Shown piece after piece: positions 10,370-24,464 of a stretch of 56,212 nt of DNA. The DNA comes from Octopus bimaculoides (lineage: Eukaryota). The notes under the pieces are model-generated. The model made no database searches, was not told where the DNA came from, and saw only the letters and a list, made by a program, of their open reading frames with translations. The translations under genes and the position numbers were made by a program. How positions within the stretch are numbered: the first letter of the stretch is position 1; every line of letters starts with the position of its first letter. The DNA is taken from the NCBI RefSeq assembly GCF_001194135.2, contig NC_068982.1:19173422-19229633 (forward strand), in the 5' to 3' direction.

Positions 10370-12258
10370 ACTTTCTTGATAATATTAAAACATATTTCTA
10401 TTTATCTATTTATTTCTTTATTTATTTTATTTGGTACCTTTTTTTGGTTGTCTTGGTCATCTGTCTTTGATTATCTCCACATAGAGTGAAATATGCAATT
10501 CTTTCACAAATTTCTCTTTCTGTAAAATTGAATAACATGTACCCAGAGGGTGATTACTTGAAACTGAGGAGAAACTATAAAGATATGTGTTATGAAAATT
10601 AACCTGCGCCTATGGCGTGAACACAAAAACAGAGGGAAAGGAATATATAAATTTAATGGATGCGGGGAGGTTCATAGAAAGAGAAAAGAACAAATAACGT
10701 GTAAGATGAATCAGCATCAGATGTTTGTGCATATACGCATATATGAACATATTAGAGTAAGTTTCTTGTTCTATTAGCTTTCACATTGAATGCAAAGCGG
10801 TGTGGGAACCAGATTATATTTCATTTATGGGAGTAGACTATTTTTCTCTAAGTCTATATTGTAGTAGGGAGTGATGCCTCATCAAATTCTTCCTTATCCA
10901 GGGGCAGGTACACTTCTGTTGATATTTTAGTTGCGGATCTCAAATACTAAACATTAAATCATAAAGCGATTTTTCTTGGTTTCTTGAAAGAGTTGCGAAA
11001 GTTAACTGTTAAATTTAGTGTAGCATCAACGAAACCAGAGGTTGTGCAATTAATTTCTCTGGTTGTTTTAAGGCTGAATATGCTAAAATAGGGGAAAATA
11101 TCCTTTTGTAACTTATTTAAAATGGGGTTATTAATGCTTTTACTTGTAGCCGGCATTCGATGTTGAATAGGCCAACGTTACTGGAGTAAATTTCTGAGCA
11201 AGCACAGCAAAACTGTATAATTATAGAAGATCGGTTACATATTTCTATGCTCTTTAAGTACACTAGGTTTTGAAAATGGAAAAATAGGAAACCTACTACA
11301 TTATGTACTGTATAAAGAAGCTGGAAACGCTATTGAATTACACAACGATATAATTATCTGAATACATTTTCTAATATCAAAATATTTGAGAGTTTTATCA
11401 AGCTTTATAGTACATCTTGATACGCAAATCTAAAAGTTACATTTGTTATCACGTGGTAGTAGTACACTCACACACACTCACACACAATCACACTCATGGA
11501 TGTATGTTTATGTGTGAGTGTATGTGTGTATGTATAAAACCTATCAGATAACTGGGTGGAGTGATCATATAAAATAAACGTATGTGAATGTTAAGAGAAT
11601 ACCGTACATGTGCGGTGATTTAGGATGACTCGGAATACTTGGTAATTAGGTTTTTATATTTCAGAATAATAAAAGGAATATGTTGGCGGTGGTGGTGGTT
11701 GTGGGAAATTGTTTAAGGGATAATTTTCTAGAAAATAAATCGGTGTGCTGATAAAATGAAATAGTTTAAAGTATTTTAGACTGGAGAACGCACTGTGCAT
11801 ACGATGTGCCATAAAAACCCTCGTAGACAAGTTGTAACCCCCACGATGGCCACCTGACCCGAATGCTTGCAACAGAGTGAATTCCATTAAAAGCACCCAA
11901 AATGACAGTTTGTGGTTTTTAGCCCAACAAAACTAATGCAACAGAAATATGGAAATGAAGTTAAAGGAAAATGAAAAAAGAAAAAAAGAAAAAAGAAAGA
12001 AAAGAAAAGATGCAGTTTCAGGCATCTTTCAGTTTGTTTATTAAGAGTTGGAATGGATATTCTAATGTAGTACATGATATATAACGAGGTCTCTTCAATC
12101 TTATATGCAAAAGCATATGCATAAATATAGTCTTATGTATATATATATATATATATATATAAATTATACACACACATACTTGCTTCATACGTACATACGT
12201 ACAGACATGCACGCATACATGCATATCATGTATATGCATATATATATATATATATATA

Positions 12259-12928
12259 NNNNNNNNNNNNNNNNNNNNNNNNNNNNNNNNNNNNNNNNNN
12301 NNNNNNNNNNNNNNNNNNNNNNNNNNNNNNNNNNNNNNNNNNNNNNNNNNNNNNNNNNNNNNNNNNNNNNNNNNNNNNNNNNNNNNNNNNNNNNNNNNNN
12401 NNNNNNNNNNNNNNNNNNNNNNNNNNNNNNNNNNNNNNNNNNNNNNNNNNNNNNNNNNNNNNNNNNNNNNNNNNNNNNNNNNNNNNNNNNNNNNNNNNNN
12501 NNNNNNNNNNNNNNNNNNNNNNNNNNNNNNNNNNNNNNNNNNNNNNNNNNNNNNNNNNNNNNNNNNNNNNNNNNNNNNNNNNNNNNNNNNNNNNNNNNNN
12601 NNNNNNNNNNNNNNNNNNNNNNNNNNNNNNNNNNNNNNNNNNNNNNNNNNNNNNNNNNNNNNNNNNNNNNNNNNNNNNNNNNNNNNNNNNNNNNNNNNNN
12701 NNNNNNNNNNNNNNNNNNNNNNNNNNNNNNNNNNNNNNNNNNNNNNNNNNNNNNNNNNNNNNNNNNNNNNNNNNNNNNNNNNNNNNNNNNNNNNNNNNNN
12801 NNNNNNNNNNNNNNNNNNNNNNNNNNNNNNNNNNNNNNNNNNNNNNNNNNNNNNNNNNNNNNNNNNNNNNNNNNNNNNNNNNNNNNNNNNNNNNNNNNNN
12901 NNNNNNNNNNNNNNNNNNNNNNNNNNNN
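12259..12928. other. Largest assembly gap (670 N). Other gaps: 219-228, 531-598, 15753-15902, 17186-17448, 19091-19208, 21645-21675, 26067-26166, 29124-29133, 45318-45447
   Basis: Runs of N, almost all flanked by (AT)n, (GA)n or G/C homopolymers. Confidence 0.99.
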
Positions 12929-14225
12929 TATATATATATATATATAACTATAGCTATATATATATATAACTATATATATATATATATATATAATCACTTG
13001 TACCATATGGTGCAAGTGATAGCTAAGTAAGGGCATTGTCCTTTATGATACAAAAAAAAAAATGAGATGAATGACAATTCTGTACGGGCACTCGTAATGC
13101 AAATTAGCAAGTAATTATTCGATACAGTAACAGTTGGTATATGCATTTGTATATATATTGACAAACATGTATATTCATATGTCCCAACAGCTATACGCGT
13201 GCCTATTTCCAGGCAAGCATATGCGCGTATTCATCCATATATCAATTAATTTATTGTTGAATCTTCGTTTAGATCGCTTGTTCATGACTGTACAATACAA
13301 GTAAAATGAAACATGAAAATACTTCAGATTCTGATTGGGTATGTCCATATTGGCGTATTGCCAATTTTCTTGCATGTAAAACGTGTCTTCTTCTGATGAG
13401 TGCAAGCATGGTGGTCTCTATTATCGGGGATTTCTCAAAGTTAGTTAGTGCGTTGTGATTATACATTATTATATCATAATTTATAGATACGTGAGATGCC
13501 ATTGACTGAGTGTTTTTAAAAAATATTATGTACCTAATTCTACAGATACAAAACATTCTTAAAGAGTGATGTGGTGTTTCTTCCTATAGCATGTATCTCC
13601 TATAAGATGCAGAATATCGTTGTCTAGAAATTATTACAAAAGTTTGAAGGTTAGACTATATAGTTCATCGTGTGGTTGTTTTCTATAGAGACATTCGGAT
13701 TGTACAATACGTTTTCAGGTCATTTAACAACGTTTAGGATTCAACGGCGAGGCTGAGGCACTAAGGGACTGGTTTGGGAATATTTGTTAATCGTATCGTT
13801 CTTAATTAGAATTATGCACACATGAAAACATGCCAATAAAGCAAGCTCAAATTAATACTATTTTTACTAACGATTTATTTTAACGACATGATATTCAAAG
13901 TAGGCGCTTTCAAATATCCTTTGCCTAAATACTTGGCTATATTACTTTCGTCCAAGTGCGAAGTAAGTTCTTTAAGACTGCATTTTCTTTGAAATAAGGA
14001 CTTTGCTGCAACAAGTCTGTTTACAATTTATGTGTATGTGCACTGACATAAGTATCTATGTATGTGTATACAAAACTGCATATATACGTGTGTATGTATG
14101 TGTATATGCCTATGTGTGCGCGTATGTATATATGTATGTGTGTATGTATGTGTGCGTGAATGTATATCTGTATGTGTGTGCGTATGTATATACATGTTTA
14201 TATCATGTATATATGCATACATTAT

Positions 14226-14489
14226 TGTTATGTCACAAGCACTGCTATCTAGCACCTTCGGATGATCTCTACTTCTGCGTCGGTTCCGCTTTCGCTTGTG
14301 GTTCTGGGACCTCGAACAAATCATACCATATATCCATTTGTTCCTCTTGCCTCTCTTGGTTTTTGGTATATTAGAAACCTCGTGGTTGTGTGAGCTGCGA
14401 ATCCTCGTCGCCACTGTTATGTCTCAAGCACTACTGTCTAGCACCTTCGGATAATCTCTACTTCTTCGCTTGGGGGCGTCGACACAACA
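14226..14489 (-). mobile_element. Miniature LTR retroelement (TRIM-like or internally deleted Gypsy derivative)
   Basis: Termini TGTTATGTC...GACACAACA; perfect 5-bp TSD ATTAT (14221-14225 and 14490-14494); direct repeats 14226-14275 and 14415-14464 with 4 mismatches in 50 bp; PBS 1 nt from the 5' LTR. Confidence 0.85.
14401..14413 (-). promoter_or_regulatory. Primer-binding site TGGCGACGAGGAT
   Basis: Complementary to the 3' end ...AUCCUCGUCG-CCA of metazoan tRNA-Ser(GCU) and located directly after the LTR-terminal CA, as in many Ty3/Gypsy elements. Confidence 0.8.
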
Positions 14490-14791
14490 ATTATACACAC
14501 AATCTTATGTTTATATAGGAATTCTTATACTGGTGTAGGTGTACATCGAAGAGATATTTATATAAGCTAATATAGGCATTATTATATGTAACCATTTGTG
14601 TCACCTTATAAGGAAGGAAACATTGGAACTACACATAAATATTTGTATTTTGGTACCACAGGCATATCAATAGATTCTAGCAGGTCTCATTTGTTTTTAA
14701 AAGAATTATCTAAAACAGTCTGTGAAGTGTTGCACCAAAGCTTTCAATACAATTTGAAACATTTTCATGCCAGTTCGAAAACTATGCTTAC

Positions 14792-14816
14792 CGAAAGAAA
14801 CTCTAAGAGATTTCTT
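14792..14816 (-). CDS. Candidate micro-exon (25 bp; 29 bp with the alternative acceptor at 14820), RNLLEFLS
   Basis: Long pyrimidine tract (tttttttcccttttacaagctag) and strong donor TCG|gtaagc. Confidence 0.15.
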
Positions 14817-15429
14817 CTAGCTTGTAAAAGGGAAAAAAAACTCTGTTTGTGTACGTATGGATGACAGGCAGTCATACATACATACATACATACATACATA
14901 CATACATACATACATACATAAATTTGTGTGTTTGTGTGTTTATGCGTGTACGTGTGTGTGCGTTGCTGTGTGTGTATGTGAAATATAAGCATGCAAGGAG
15001 AGTGTACCAAAGGAAAATGGTGAGAGGGATTTCATTCTTTAGTTTTTTAAGGAATTTTGTCCGTGTCAAAGTGCAATTGGTAAATTATTGCTAAATTTTA
15101 GGGTTATTTTATCCTTAAAAAGGAAGGTGTGTGCAAAATTTACATTTTATACCTCTTGCCCTAGTTCTAAGTAAATTAGTTGATTAGAAAGTTTCTATTA
15201 GGAAACAATTAATAGAAAACAGAACATATGTCATATTTCTCATTGTTGTAGATTCGAAGACTGACCTGAAAAACCACCTCAACAAAATTGAATTTTTCAT
15301 GTGATATTTCACCTGCTCTACTCATTATTTATTACAGAGTTTTCTGTCAGGCAACGGAACGAATCAAGAGACAACGTTTTCGGAATGTCTAAAAATTTTG
15401 TTGGACTTTATTCAAACTATGTAGATATA

Positions 15430-15463
15430 TATGTATATGTATGTATGTATGTACGTATGTATG

Positions 15464-15494
<31 letters not shown>

Positions 15495-15610
15495 GTATGT
15501 ATGTATGTATGTATGTATGTATGTATGTACGTACGTACGTACGTATGTATATAAGTGTGTATGTATATGTATATGTGTGTGTGTGTGTATATATATATGC
15601 GTGTGTGTGT
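15430..15610. repeat. (TATG)n / (TG)n compound microsatellite
   Basis: About 25 GTAT units with GTAC variants. Confidence 0.95.
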
Positions 15611-16084
15611 TTAATATGTAGTATTAACCTTAACAAGTGATATATCTCTCTCTTTCCTTTCCCGAGCGTCTAGTAACACACTCTGTATCACGTCCTCATG
15701 TCGTTGTTTTTTTGCCTTTTTCCTTTTTTTGAACCTATATATATATATATATNNNNNNNNNNNNNNNNNNNNNNNNNNNNNNNNNNNNNNNNNNNNNNNN
15801 NNNNNNNNNNNNNNNNNNNNNNNNNNNNNNNNNNNNNNNNNNNNNNNNNNNNNNNNNNNNNNNNNNNNNNNNNNNNNNNNNNNNNNNNNNNNNNNNNNNN
15901 NNTAATACATGTGTAATACAATTTTTCAGAATTTCCAAATTTTTTATATGCTAGGCCACTGATTTTAAATTGATGTTAATTAAATTAATATTCAATTTAT
16001 CACCCTCAGTATATATATATATATTACATATATTTTATATTATCCATATATACATATATACTTATAAGTATATACATATAAATA

Positions 16085-16130
<46 letters not shown>

Positions 16131-16588
16131 CTCTGTGTGTGTGCCTCTGTGTGTGTGCATGCGTTTGTGCCTATATCAAGAAGTGTGAATGTCAAAGAAT
16201 TTTAAAAAATACAACATAAAGAAAATATCAACTGCAAAAAGAGCAAAAAATGGCAGATTTTATTGATATTGTTTTACATTCTCTCTGTCTTTCTTTCATT
16301 CTTTCTTTCTTCCACCCCCTTCCTTTCTCATACTCTTTCTTTCACATTTCTCTCTCTCTCTCTCTCTTCGTCTCTTTCTTTCTCTCTCTCCCACTCTCTT
16401 TCTGTGTCACTCTTCTTTTTCCCTCTGCTGCTACACGTCGCTTTGTATTATTTCATCGATTAATCGACTTACCCCTTCCACTAAATTTGTGCCCTTGTGC
16501 CTATGTGAAAAATCACTATTTCATTGTTGACACTAAGAAAAAAAAGCAGACACACTGAGATTTATACAAGCTCAGACACACGGACGTA

Positions 16589-16589
16589 T

Positions 16590-16623
<34 letters not shown>

Positions 16624-16887
16624 TCGCACGCACGCACGCACGCACGCAGACATATACAGACACTCATGTATGAATTTATGTAGATAGATAGATAGACAGA
16701 CAGACAGGCAGACAGGTAGATGGATAGACAAATAGATAAATAAATAGCTAGCTGCATAGATAGATAAATAGATAGATACATAGATGGATAGATATTTAGA
16801 CAGGCAAACAGACAGGCAGACAGGTAGATAGATAGACAAATAGATAGCTAGCTAGCTAGCTAGATAGATGGATGGATAGATAGATAT

Positions 16888-16923
<36 letters not shown>

Positions 16924-17043
16924 GTAGATAAACAAACAGACAGGTAGATGGATAGATAGATAGATAGATAGACAAACAGACAGGAAGATGGATAGATAAA
17001 TAGATAGATGATAGATAGATGATAGATGGATAGATAGATAGAC
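16589..17043. repeat. (GCAC)n followed by degenerate (TAGA)n/(CAGA)n satellite
   Basis: GCAC tetramer run 16589-16648; GATA/GACA-rich tract 16681-17043. Confidence 0.95.
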
Positions 17044-17138
17044 AGGACGATATACTTACATACATACATATATGCAGTCACGTACACATGTATATATATG
17101 TGTGTGTGTGTGTGAGTATATACATACGCACGTATATA

Positions 17139-17185
<47 letters not shown>

Positions 17186-17448
17186 NNNNNNNNNNNNNNN
17201 NNNNNNNNNNNNNNNNNNNNNNNNNNNNNNNNNNNNNNNNNNNNNNNNNNNNNNNNNNNNNNNNNNNNNNNNNNNNNNNNNNNNNNNNNNNNNNNNNNNN
17301 NNNNNNNNNNNNNNNNNNNNNNNNNNNNNNNNNNNNNNNNNNNNNNNNNNNNNNNNNNNNNNNNNNNNNNNNNNNNNNNNNNNNNNNNNNNNNNNNNNNN
17401 NNNNNNNNNNNNNNNNNNNNNNNNNNNNNNNNNNNNNNNNNNNNNNNN

Positions 17449-17505
<57 letters not shown>

Positions 17506-18007
17506 TACGTATATATACACATGTATATATACACCTACACATACAAGTTTGGATTAATTAACAGTGCATGACGCATTACATAGCGTGTTTTGAATAATTT
17601 TAAATATAATGTATACCTTTTAAACAGCACATGCACTTTAAAATTTGTATTAAAAAGGTACACCGTATACATTAATAAACACACACACACACACATATAT
17701 ATATACATATATACACACAAACACTAGCAGGTACACGCATACACACATTTGCTTACAAACTTCGCATTTTATCATAAGCATTGAAAGAGAAAACTTACAT
17801 CCTAATTTAAATATAAATATTTATAAGCGTGAACTGCAGCAACAACATAAGAACGACAACTTAAAATGAAAATAACATTTAATAATTAACGTGGGGGAAA
17901 AAATATATCCATCCTATGGGTTGTTAATGGAGTACTTTTATTAAACATTCTGAAATTTTGATCATTCACAGTTCAACAATGTGAATAATTAATGAGGTGT
18001 ATCGGCA

Positions 18008-18463
18008 TGTGTGTGTATCTGCCTGTGTGTGTATGTGTGTGTGTGTGAATGTGCTTGTGTGTCAATGTGTATATGTGACTGTGTGTTTGTTTGTGAAGGT
18101 GCGTGTGTGACTGTGTGTGTGTGAATGTATGTGTGTGTGTGGATATGTGTGAGTGAATGTGTGTGTGTAGATATGTGTGAATGAATGTGTGTGTGAATGT
18201 GTGTGTGTTTGAATGTGTATGTGCTTGAATGTGTGTGTATGTGAATGTGTGCGTTTGAATGTATGTGTGTGATTGAATGTGTGTGTGTGAATGTGTGTGT
18301 GTTTTTCAATGTGCGTGTGAATGTATGTGTGTTTGAATGTGTGTGAATGTGTTTTTTAGTGTGTGTGTGTGTGTGTGGATATGTGTGAGTGAATGTGTGT
18401 GTGTGAACGTGTGTGTGTTTGAATGAGTGCGTGAATCTTTGTTTGAATGTGTATGTGTTTGAA

Positions 18464-18497
<34 letters not shown>

Positions 18498-18745
18498 GAT
18501 GTGTTTTTGAGTGCGTGTGTGTGTATGAACGAGAGTGTGTGTGTGGCTGTGTGCGTTTGTGAATGTGTGTGTGAATATGTCTGTCAATGTGTGTGCGTGA
18601 ATGTGTGTATGAATGTGTGTGAGTGTGAATGAGTTTGTGTGTGTGACTGTATGAAAGTGTGTGAATATGTGAATGTATGTGTGAATGTGTGTATGAGTGT
18701 GTGCGATTGTGAATGTGTTTGAATGTGTGTCTGTGTGTGTATGCG
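18008..18745. repeat. TG-rich degenerate minisatellite punctuated by GAAT
   Basis: More than 30 recurrences of GTGTGAATGT / TTTGAATGT in a (TG)n background. Confidence 0.9.
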
Positions 18746-19054
18746 TGTACATGTAGGCGTGAGGGGGAGCTTTGTTTTATATATCTATTCATTTACTTGA
18801 TATTTTTTTCTTATTGTTTTATCGTTTTGTTCTTTTAATGTTGCTTTTGTTTGAAACTCCCCCGTTTTCCCAATTTGCCGTTCGACCGTGGGTGATGGCT
18901 GACACCTCATCGATGTCGTGGTTTGCAGTTTATCATCACGGTCAGCATCACCATCATCAATGTCATCATCATCATCATCAGAATCAACTTTATTTCTGAT
19001 ATTATTTATTCGGTAAACACGCAGCAAATCTAACAGCACAAACGTTCACGCTGT

Positions 19055-19090
<36 letters not shown>

Positions 19091-19208
19091 NNNNNNNNNN
19101 NNNNNNNNNNNNNNNNNNNNNNNNNNNNNNNNNNNNNNNNNNNNNNNNNNNNNNNNNNNNNNNNNNNNNNNNNNNNNNNNNNNNNNNNNNNNNNNNNNNN
19201 NNNNNNNN

Positions 19209-19278
<70 letters not shown>

Positions 19279-19304
19279 AATATCTTTCTCTCTCTTTCTC
19301 TCTC

Positions 19305-19639
19305 TCTCTGCACACACCTCTCTGTCTATCAAATACTGTCACTTCTCTCTCTTCCACCCTTTCTCTTTCTCTCTCTCTTTCTCTCTGCATACATACACAC
19401 ATATGCACACACATGCACACATATGCACACACATGCACACACACATACACACGCACACACATCTCTCTGTCTATCAATTACTGCTACTCTTTCTCTTTCA
19501 CCCTTCTCTCTCTCTCTCTTTTCTGCACACACACACACACACACACACAACATGCACACACACATACGCACGCACACACTCATCTCTCTGTCTATCAATT
19601 ACTGTCTCCTTCTCTTTCACCCTCGCACTCTCTTTCTTT

Positions 19640-19682
<43 letters not shown>

Positions 19683-19935
19683 CACACACGCATACACACG
19701 CACACATACACCTCTCTATCTATCAATCACTGTCTTTCTCTCTTTCATCTTCGCTCTCTCTTTCTCTCTGCACACAAACACACACATGCACACACGCATA
19801 CACATGCACACACACGCATACACATGCACACACACACATACACACGCACACACACCTCTCTGTCTATCAATTACTATCACAAACTCTCTCTCTCTCTCTC
19901 TCTTCACCCCTCTCTCTTTCTCTCTCTGCACACGC
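19305..19935. repeat. Compound minisatellite, 5 units of about 130 bp
   Basis: Core CTCTCT(G/A)TCTATCAA(T/A)(T/C)ACT at about 19318, 19463, 19584, 19713 and 19856, each followed by a CT-rich then a CA-rich block. Confidence 0.88.
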
Positions 19936-20411
19936 ATGCGAATGGCCTGCTGAAATTATCAGTTACAATATATAAGAGTGAGGTTTGAGAGAAGAGTCGC
20001 GATTTAACATTTAATAAATTATATTAACTTCACTCATTTATATATCGCCTCTTAGTTAAAATCCTTGGACAACTTTTTCCAGGTATTGTATTTTCAAATG
20101 TTCTGCATTTCCTCTTTGATTCACCTTTACTGTTTCCTTTTATAATATCTCAGTCTTTCCAGATTATTTCATTTTTTAAACGCATATTTTATAATTAATG
20201 AATAACAACGATTTATATCTCTCATGGGTCATTTACTTATTATATATATATATATATATGTGTGTGTATATATGTATATATATAAAACTGTTGGGTTTAT
20301 AAGCCTTTTGTCTCTGTTCTGTATCATTTACCTGAACCTCGTCGCTAGGAGTACTGTAAACCTTGTGTTTTTTTTATATTTTATATCATTGCAAAACGTG
20401 TATGCAGAGTC

Positions 20412-20800
20412 GTGTGTGTGTATGTGCGTGAATCTGTGTGTGTGTGTGCGTGTGTGTGTCTGTGTGTGTGCCTGAATCTGTGTGTGTTTCCGGGTGCGTG
20501 CGTGTGTGTGTGTGTGTGTGTGCGTATGTATGTGTGTACGGTATGTGTATGTGTGTGTGTGTGTGCGTTAATCTGTGCGTATGTTTCCGTGTGTGTGCGT
20601 GTGCGTGTGTGTGTGTGTGTGTGCGTGAATCTGGGTGTGTATGTGTGTGGGTGCGTGTGTGTGTGTGTGTGCGTGAATCTGTGTGTGTTTCCGTGTGCGT
20701 ATGTGTGTGTGTGTGTGTGTCTGTGTGTGTGGTATGTGTGTGTGTTTCCGTGTACGTGCATGTGTGCGCGTGTGTGTTTGTGTGTGTGTGTCTGCGCGTG
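20412..20800. repeat. TG-rich minisatellite with GCGTGAATCTG and GTTTCCG motifs
   Basis: About 5-6 imperfect units of GCGTGAATCTGTGTGTGTTTCCG in a (TG)n background. Confidence 0.88.
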
Positions 20801-21458
20801 TAGATATCTATATCACTTTCTTAAATTCTGAAATACGAACTTACACACAGAATACACACAAATAAGTGAACGAGCTTTCGTTCTCTCACTTTCTGTTCTT
20901 TTTCTTTTTTTTTTACCTCGTTACACACACACACACACGTACACATACACTCAGACAAACACACACCTAACACACACTTTCACTTTCTCTCACTCTCTCA
21001 CTCACTCTCTTTCACAAGCCTTTCACTTTTCTCTCTTTCATTCACCCTCTCACATTAAACCTGTCTAATTAATTGCTCTTCTCTTCTCATCTTTCTCTTT
21101 ATCTCACCCATTTTCACACGCACATGCTCATTTTATTTTACTCTTTTGCTCTACTATATTTGTTCTCGAGTTTCTCGTTCTTTCTTTCCCCATCATTATC
21201 AGGTGGCACCTCACATAAACACAGATGCCACATGAGCTAACGGGAGAGAGAGAGTCTTACTTACGCGATATTTCGTCATGATAACATAACAAGGAAATTT
21301 TACTCAAAACTATTTCTAAGACCTTCAATAAAATGGGCGAAGTAAGGGCTTATTACATAATACAGTTTTAAATACATAATCTCTTAACACAGTAAATAAA
21401 ATAAAATACAATACGGGATGGCTATGGATAGCGTGCATTTGACCATAGGATTACTTAC

Positions 21459-21501
21459 ATCGGAACTGACCCGGGTTTAACAACAACCAGAGGATCAACA
21501 G
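21459..21501 (-). CDS. Candidate 43-bp exon (phase 1 to 2), VDPLVVVKPGSVP
   Basis: tatattag acceptor and strong GAT|gtaagt donor; locally GC-richer than its flanks. Two frames are open, so the reading is ambiguous. Confidence 0.18.
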
Positions 21502-21916
21502 CTAATATATTTGTATGGTAAAATTAACATTTTCTCAAAAACTATATATCGTTGCTTTTAGGGAAAAGAAGTAAGTTTGAAGTCTGCTCACATCTATACT
21601 CCCCCGGTCCTTCTTTGTACACATATGGAAACTGTCTGGGGGGGNNNNNNNNNNNNNNNNNNNNNNNNNNNNNNNGGGGGGGGGGGGGACACTCGGCATC
21701 TCTCATATGCAATGTAGCAAGGGGGTGGCAGGAGATTAACGGACGTTATTTTGTTAGTAATATTATACAAGTGAATCCAAACACACAGTCTTCAATGACG
21801 CAACGTTAAAGCAGTCAACATACCATCACCAACACCACCACCGCCGCCGCCGCTGCTGCTGCTGCTACTACTACTACTGCCACTACTATTACTACTACTA
21901 CTACTACTACTACTAC

Positions 21917-22467
<551 letters not shown>

Positions 22468-23260
22468 GTATTAATAATAATAATAATGATAATACGTAAC
22501 ACAGAATCACCCACGTGCGACGTGCTTGTATATAAGATGTGTATGTGCATGTGGGTGTGTGTGTGCGCACGCGTGTATCGAGGGAGCGGGGGGGGGTGAA
22601 TTTGCATTGAATTATTTAAGAAGTTCATTTCACAAGCAAACATTAGCTCTTCCGCGTACACTCCCCATAGGCTGCCCCTCGAGAAAATAACTTCTACTAT
22701 AGCCTCGGTTTGAACCGAGCCATGTGAATACATATAAGTTCACGGATACTGCAGAAACCCATCGGAGTGACTGCACCTACAAGTAAAGTCAAACAGCAAG
22801 CTTTGTCATATGCACAATGTCACGTTGACTCTGACTGGGGAATGGATTTATTAAGGGTACAACGTTCGGCGTGGAATATTTTCCATATTCATTCTATAAC
22901 GCAAGATGGACTATTCTAATTCAAATTTAAACGATCGTCATTTCACATGCTATACTGTGGATTCAACCCGAAGAAATGATTTACGGGAATAAATGTGTGG
23001 AATATACTTGGTCACTACACTATAATTTAATTTGTTGAATTGTAGTTTCATAAATCGAAAGGCTGGAACACCCAGTGACGAAGTTGAAGCGAGATCCATT
23101 TACAATTTACCGTTTAAATATATAAGAACAAAGCGGATAAGTAACAGGTATTTAAAGGAATATTTTTATCACCGTTCGAAAGAAGTTTACTGTTCAATAA
23201 CACCCTTTAAGGTACAACCGACACATTTCCAAAATACCAATTTCTCACCAAGCGTGTGTT

Positions 23261-23305
<45 letters not shown>

Positions 23306-24408
23306 TTCTCTCAATGCCTCTATCTCTCCCTCCTCTATCCCTATCTCTCGTTTCTCTCTCTCTCTCTCACTCCATCTCATTCTCTCAATAGACATATATA
23401 GATACATATACATGACAATGTATTATAACATACACGTATGTGTGTGCTTGTAGCTTTCTCTCTCTCTCTCTCTCTCTGAGTCCACATATGTCGTATAATG
23501 TGTAATTATATATTATATGTGTATGGGTGTGCTTAGGTATGTGTATCTGGCAGATGAGTTACATGGAAAGTAACCAAATTCTAAGGAGGTATATAATGTT
23601 CTGTTTTAATGATATTTTCCCTCTTAAATTGAAACGTTTTCTTTCAATAAATATAATCTTGGTGGGATGCAAAAAAGGTTGTGATGTTGCATGAAGAAAA
23701 TTCATTTAGAAAGAACATTAGCGCTGCACGAGGAAATTCTAACATATTGTTTTCATTTTTGTTCATTTGTTTGAAAATAGGAAAATATAAAAAAGGTGGG
23801 GGGGGGGAACACCACTAAACCTAACAGCACACACGCATGCACACAAACACAGAATAAAATAAACACACACGCACACACGCACAAACAGTGCCTCCGAAAG
23901 AAATGTTAATTGTCGAAATGAGACTGATTACTAGTTACACGAGGGTGAACCCTTTCAAAATCCACTTCAGCAGTGATTTGGATGAGGGAGGTTCAAATAG
24001 CCGTGGGTCTCTTCGTGGTACATAGAGCCCGGAAAAATTGTAACCTCTACCCCACCCCGCCACCTCCTACAAATTCTGTATGAGTGTGTGCGTGTATATG
24101 TGTGTGTACGTGTGTTTGTATATGCATACATGCATATAGATTGATAGAGAAAGAAATAGAGGTAGAAATAGATAGATAGATAGATATTATTCTTGCAATT
24201 TTTTATTTAATTATTAATCGATGTCATTTATACAGTTTTTATTCTAATATATCTAATTAGCGATAGATGAGATAAAAATGATTCTTTAAATACAATATGG
24301 ATTCGAAACCGGGTCGGAGACTGGAAATGTAATGTATCATTCTACCGATATCAAAATATAAACATACATAAATGCATTTACATGTGTGTGTAAATAGAGA
24401 TAGCGGGA

Positions 24409-24464
<56 letters not shown>

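Noticed and set aside
13366-13407. CTTGCAT-GTAAAACGTGTC-TTCTT-CTGATGA-GTGCAAG, a permuted hammerhead-like arrangement
   Set aside because: GAAA is interrupted and no stem I can form; probably chance.
21638-21688. G-runs suggesting a G-quadruplex
   Set aside because: They flank an N-gap, so true length and context are unknown.
22820-22880. HVDSDWG resembling Copia RNase H (YxDADWAG)
   Set aside because: Isolated short match with no surrounding pol similarity.
23936-24022. VNPFKIHFSSDLDEGGSNSRG resembling the end of a CUB-like domain
   Set aside because: Weak acceptor, immediate stop, and no other CUB exons found.
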